From NCBI GenBank assembly GCA_965603825.1, contig CBFDEM010000018.1:558001-622000 (forward strand): a stretch of DNA of 64,000 bases, in the 5' to 3' direction. Position numbers and translations under genes: made by a program. The stretch is from Blepharisma stoltei ATCC 30299 (taxonomy: Eukaryota; Protista; Ciliophora). Positions 58,816-64,000 of this stretch are shown in pieces. The stretch's first letter is position 1; each line of letters begins with the position of its first letter. The notes under the pieces are model-generated. The model saw only the letters and a list, made by a program, of their open reading frames with translations, searched no databases and was not told the origin of the DNA.

Positions 58816-59799
58816 ATGGAAAATCGGCATCCAAAACATCCTTTTGAAATTATTCCTAGTAAAAGCAGCTTAAAACCAGAGTTTACTCCACATAAAGAAG
58901 GCTGGATTCATTTCAGGCCTAACGGTAGCTTTAAGCATTGAATGAAAAAATTCGTAGTTTTAGATGAAAAGAAAATAAGGATATTTAATAACCAGCGTAA
59001 ATCATCATTTTATGCAATTTTCGACTTTGACCAAGCTACTTTCACAATTCAAGTAAGAAACATTGAAAATGCATGAGAATTAATACTGTACCCTCTTGGC
59101 CATAAAAGACATTTTCATTTCAAAACTTATGATATAGAAGATTGGGCAAAATGCATATTTTATCATATAAAGGTTTCAGATGGGTATAAAAGAGACTTGG
59201 TGCAGGGAATCCCTGATTATCCATTTTGAAAATATATTGGGATATCAGATCATCAGTTTAGAACTCAGGCTGAAACTGGTGATATCATGCTATTTCAAGG
59301 GAAAAATATTATATGTCGGATGCAGCAGATTTTTACTTTCAACGAATATGACCACGTTGCTATGGTTCTTAAATATTACAATGGCAAAATTGCACTACTA
59401 GAAGCCACCTTAGAAAACGGAGTTTCTATTGCATTTTGGGATGATTTTTTTAAATACAATTGGTTTGATTTATATGAAAAGATCTCTTTCCGACATTTAA
59501 AAGTAGATCGCACTGAAAGTATGCTTATTAGTCTTGAAGAATTCCTCCACAAAGTTATAGGGAAAAAATATAAAATTACTATGAAAAAACTCACAAATAA
59601 AATTGGGAAGCACAAGTTTATAGAAGAAGATGGCTATTTCTGTAGTGAGCTCGTTGCTAGTGCTTATAGAGTAATGGGATTGGTCCCAAATAATGTTTCT
59701 ACTTCAAAATATTGGCCTGGCGATTTTTCAGAGAAGAAAACTTTGGATTTGGTTAATGCTCAGCTTGGCCCAGAGCAAATAATTGATGACACTGCATAA
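58816..59799 (+). CDS. PH domain fused to permuted papain-like NlpC/P60 (YaeF/YiiX-type) domain, 327 aa
   Basis: KEGWIHF...KH-W(TGA)-MKKFVVL...EDWAKCI (PH); TGDIMLF, YDHVAMV, YFCSELVASAY (His before Cys). Confidence 0.78.
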
Positions 59800-59820
59800 T
59801 TATTTAACATGATTTTATTA

Positions 59821-60120
59821 TTACCGAAGTGCCGGGAAATCTTTATACAGTTCTATGACCCTGCTGTGGGCTTCAAAGTTGTAGCTGAAATCTTCAAATT
59901 GGTTGTAACTTTCACAGTAAATTTCAGCTTCTGCATTGACAATCCCTCTAACTTCAACGATACCGTTTAGGGTGATTGGGATATTGTGAATTTTAATGTG
60001 AGTTTGGTCGTCAGCTATGTAAATACCATTTTCATGTGTGCCTTCGACTTTGCCAACAACACTGACTTTTCTGCCTATTGTTAAATCTTTTCCTAGTGTA
60101 GTGGGGTAACTTTGCGCCAT
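59821..60120 (-). CDS. Small OB-fold protein, RPA3/RPA14-like
   Basis: 99 aa; IGRKVSVVGKV, IVEVRGIV, FNFE-like YNFEAHSRVIEL..FP pattern. Confidence 0.65.
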   Translation of the reverse strand: MAQSYPTTLGKDLTIGRKVSVVGKVEGTHENGIYIADDQTHIKIHNIPITLNGIVEVRGIVNAEAEIYCESYNQFEDFSYNFEAHSRVIELYKDFPALR

Positions 60121-60307
60121 ATTTATTATAAGATTTTGCTAGGATACCAGAAATGGATAGTTAGATAATTTTTCCTAATATAATTATGCATATTTTGACA
60201 AAGAAGTACTTTTTATTTAATTACGATTTTAATAGAAAATGAGGAAATTTTTAAAATAAAACCTTTAACCTTAAAATTGTTGAAAAATTCAATTTTTAAC
60301 GACAAAA

Positions 60308-60973
60308 ATGGGTTGTTGTACATCACGCTATACCATAACTCCAGAAGAAAGATGAATTTGTTACTATGAAAGGCAACTTAATTTTAAATCAATTTCTCCA
60401 AAAACAATTGAATTTGTATTTAAGAAGTGAGTTGGCCCAGAAGGCCTAACTCTCAAAAGATTTCAGAAATCAAGTGAAAATCTTGGTATTAATATTGGAG
60501 ATTTATCAAGCCCTGATGACAATATCTATCAATTTTATAAACAATTTAAAACCAATGACACTTTTAACATAGACGAACTTATTATTTTCGGTGTTTTTGA
60601 ATGCTCGGCAAGACCCGAAGACAAGGCTGAAGTTTGATACGATATTATTGATAAAGATTTATCTGGCCGTCTCCTAACTCAACAAGTAAAAGACTTCATA
60701 AAATGTCTCTACAAGCTCACCTATAAATATCTCCCAAAAATTGCTTCAGGAACAGACGACAAGTTTGTTTCACCAGAGCAAATCCAAGTCTACATCGAAA
60801 AGGCCGATCTCCACTCAGAAAAATTTTCTGCACATATTACTGACTTATTAACCTCCAATATTGCATTAGACAAACCTGGCTTCCAAGAAAAATTAAGGGA
60901 ACACTACAAAATCACATATCCAGAAGGATTTCGAGTCCTCGTTAAAGAATTTTTAAATAATGGCAATAAATAA
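60308..60973 (+). CDS. N-acylated (MGCC) EF-hand-like protein, 221 aa (absent from ORF track)
   Basis: Open with 3 TGA=Trp; MGCCTSR N-terminus; EDKAEV-W-YDIIDKDLSGRL EF-hand-like loop; TAA at 60971. Confidence 0.7.
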
Positions 60974-61023
60974 ATTAGTCAGGATTTCACATAAATGTGT
61001 TATCAATTCACTGAATAAAAATA

Positions 61024-62256
61024 ATGGTGAGCATTGAGAGAGAGAAAGAAGTGCTGATTGGTCCTCTCAATAACGATCACGATTTTCTAAGAGACAATGA
61101 ATTTATTCATACAGGGTATCGTTTGAACTTTAGTTCAACAAAGCGAATTTTGAAAAGTCTTTTCATGATCCATAACGAATCGGTCAATGTATGGTCACAT
61201 CTATTTGGTGCAATTCTCTTTTTGATGCTAGTTGTATACACCCTGTACTGAATTGGCTTTTCTGACGAAAGTCATCATGAGGCTGGCCAAATGCTGTTTG
61301 ATTTGAAAACCAGTGCCCTCCACGCCTACAAGTCAAGTGTAGACGCCTTCGATACATTCAGTGAAAGAGCCCATGAATTTGCTCATGATTATGAGACCTC
61401 AATTCAGCAAAAACTTTTAGCTCTTTACGTCGACGCTCATCACTATTCCGAATCAATAGAAGTAAGGGTCCACGATTTCTATGAAGAGTTTAAGCATTCT
61501 AACGAAACAGAAAGGTTTAAGCCTGTCATGGAAAAAATTGAACAAATGATGCAAACAGTGGATAGCAAAAAATATGATTGGATGGATATTTATAATCCTT
61601 TTAATGGACCAAGACTGCAAGTGGTCCATAGATGGCCTGTGCTTGTATTTTTAGTCAGCGCTTCTGTATGCTTAGGATGTTCTACACTTTATCATCTGTT
61701 TAAGGCTCATTCTTTAACACTCAATTTGTTTTATTCAAGGCTTGACTATGCTGGAATTTCGTTTTTGATAGCGGGATCTTGTTTTCCAGCTTTTTATTAT
61801 ACGTTTTACTGCAGAGAAGGTAAAAATTATGCAGCTTTTATATGGATTTATTTGGTTGGAATTTCTGTAGCCGCAATTATTACATTTGTATTGTCGTTGA
61901 CGCCACAGTTCCAAAAGGCTGATCTTATATGGTTGAGGGCTTTGGCATTTATTGTTTTGTCTTCACTTGGAGCGATCCCTGCTGTGCACTTTTTATTGCT
62001 GTAATATACATGTAGTCCTGAGGCAGAAAAATTTTATTCTTGCTTTGTGTACTTTGTGGTGGTTGTTTTTCTTTATCTTTGTGGGGTTTGTGTTTACATA
62101 ATAAGATTCCCAGAACGGTATTTCCCTGGGAAATTTGATTTTTGGGGGAACTCACATAATTTATGGCACTTTTTTGTTTTGAGTGCAGCATTTTTTCACT
62201 ATTTAGGAGCTTTGGATTCTTATCACAGAAGAGAGAGGTTGCTTTGTCCTGCATAA
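61024..62256 (+). CDS. PAQR / adiponectin-receptor (haemolysin III) family membrane protein; introns 62001-62015 and probably 61820-61834
   Basis: DNEFIHTGYR, SLFMIHNESVNVWSHL, STLYHLF, RLDYAGIS, RFPERYFPGKFDFWGNSHNLWHFFV. Confidence 0.9.
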
Positions 62257-62299
62257 GCTCGATAATCTAAGAACTTTTAAAAACTATTTATTCTAATAA

Positions 62300-62947
<648 letters not shown>

Positions 62948-63664
62948 TTAAATTTCTTCATCAAATTGATCTGGCGGCTGAATATAGTCTGTTTTTAAAT
63001 ACTCGTTCATAACCCCTGACAGCGCTCCAAGAATGGCTCCAATTGGGTAGCAATAAAGCTGCTCTTTCATCAACGCAATTCTTAATTGATACGCAGTCTG
63101 GTCCTCCACGTCTAGAATCCCAAAAATCAGTCCAAAAATGACCCCCATAATAGACGATAGCACTAAAATAGCTGAAATTTGTTGAGGGTTCTCTACTATA
63201 ACTTTTCCTGAATACCCACTAAAATAGCTGGAAAAATAGTTCATCAAGTCTACGATTGCAAAAGTCAAAGCAAAACTTACAGAGATCCCTAAAATTGCAT
63301 AGAGTGGAATTTTCAGATGAGGACCTAGGCCAAGCGACCAGTTTTTTTCTAATAAAAAGCAGAGAATTCCTGAAAGGACGACTAAGACCCCAAAGGCAAA
63401 ATAATATTTTCGCTTAGTTTCTTCGTTAGACTGCTGCTGGACTCGGCTAATGATGACTGCGCCGACTATCATGAAGAGAATGCCAAAGTACTAAATGAAA
63501 TTTACGACTGAGAAGAATGGATTGATACTGATTTCAGCCAGTGTAGAATTGATAATAAAGCTGACACCTATTCCGAGACCTGCACCAATTGCGCTCGAGA
63601 TTGAGGCTTTTCGCCAGTTTAGTTTGTCGCCTACAGTCTTCATTAGGTCTTTGTGGAAATTCAT
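62948..63664 (-). CDS. Conserved-looking multi-pass membrane protein of unknown function; intron 63491-63505
   Basis: ATG 63664 is in frame with ORF 63472 after removing GTAAATTTCATTTAG; about 7 hydrophobic segments; FGLIFGILDVED, YCYPIGAILGALSG. Confidence 0.75.
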
Positions 63665-64000
63665 GGAAAAATTATTTGTAAAGATGAATAGTTAGATAAT
63701 CGTTTTATGATGGAAAATATTGAAAAGATTCGAGCAATAAAATATTATTTATTATTGTTTATAGAAATTGATGCGATAAATAATAATTATTAGTGCTTAT
63801 ATCATAAATAATATCTTAGAAAATCTGTTAATTTTCACTAATCAATCTATGCTTAAAGTAAATAAAATTTCAATAACTCTCTAAATAGACAGCAAGCCAA
63901 ATAATTGTGTTAAAAAGCACATATTTAATGATTTATTTCATTCTAAACAGAGTCTTAACCAAATATTTAAATGATTTGGAATTGATTTAGCTGCAATAAA

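Overview
Gene-dense, AT-rich eukaryotic DNA that looks like a heterotrich ciliate macronuclear genome, most likely Blepharisma. Two features explain why the supplied ORF track is fragmented. First, TGA is read as Trp (it sits at invariant Trp positions in the kinase, PI3K, USP, Rab, NSUN2 and WD40 genes), and genes end in TAA/TAG. Second, there are tiny 15-nt GTAA...AG introns, all with A at position 10. With these rules the window resolves into about 40 genes and pseudogenes. 0.7-11.7 kb is a fast-evolving 'ubiquitin island': USP, two E2s, a USP pseudogene, an inverted array of five Kelch-like copies, a TPR fragment and a di-ubiquitin pseudogene. 12-51.5 kb is a conserved core: RNase H2A, BAP31-like, an MLO-like protein with EF-hand-like motifs, class I-like PI3K, Elongin C, an actin paralog, a hidden secreted CBM67-like lectin, CCDC96, a 4059-aa SPRY/CUB-like/HECT E3, PCYT2, strumpellin, NSUN2, WDR44-like, CDPK and a SAM + FCS-finger protein. 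52-57.7 kb is a decaying tandem array of a Cys-rich surface protein. 57.8-63.7 kb holds small genes: Fhit, DeSI, PH-permuted NlpC/P60, RPA3-like, an acylated EF-hand protein, PAQR, Rab2 and a membrane protein. No rRNA, tRNA, CRISPR or recognisable transposase was found. All family calls come from motif recognition by eye, not from database searches.
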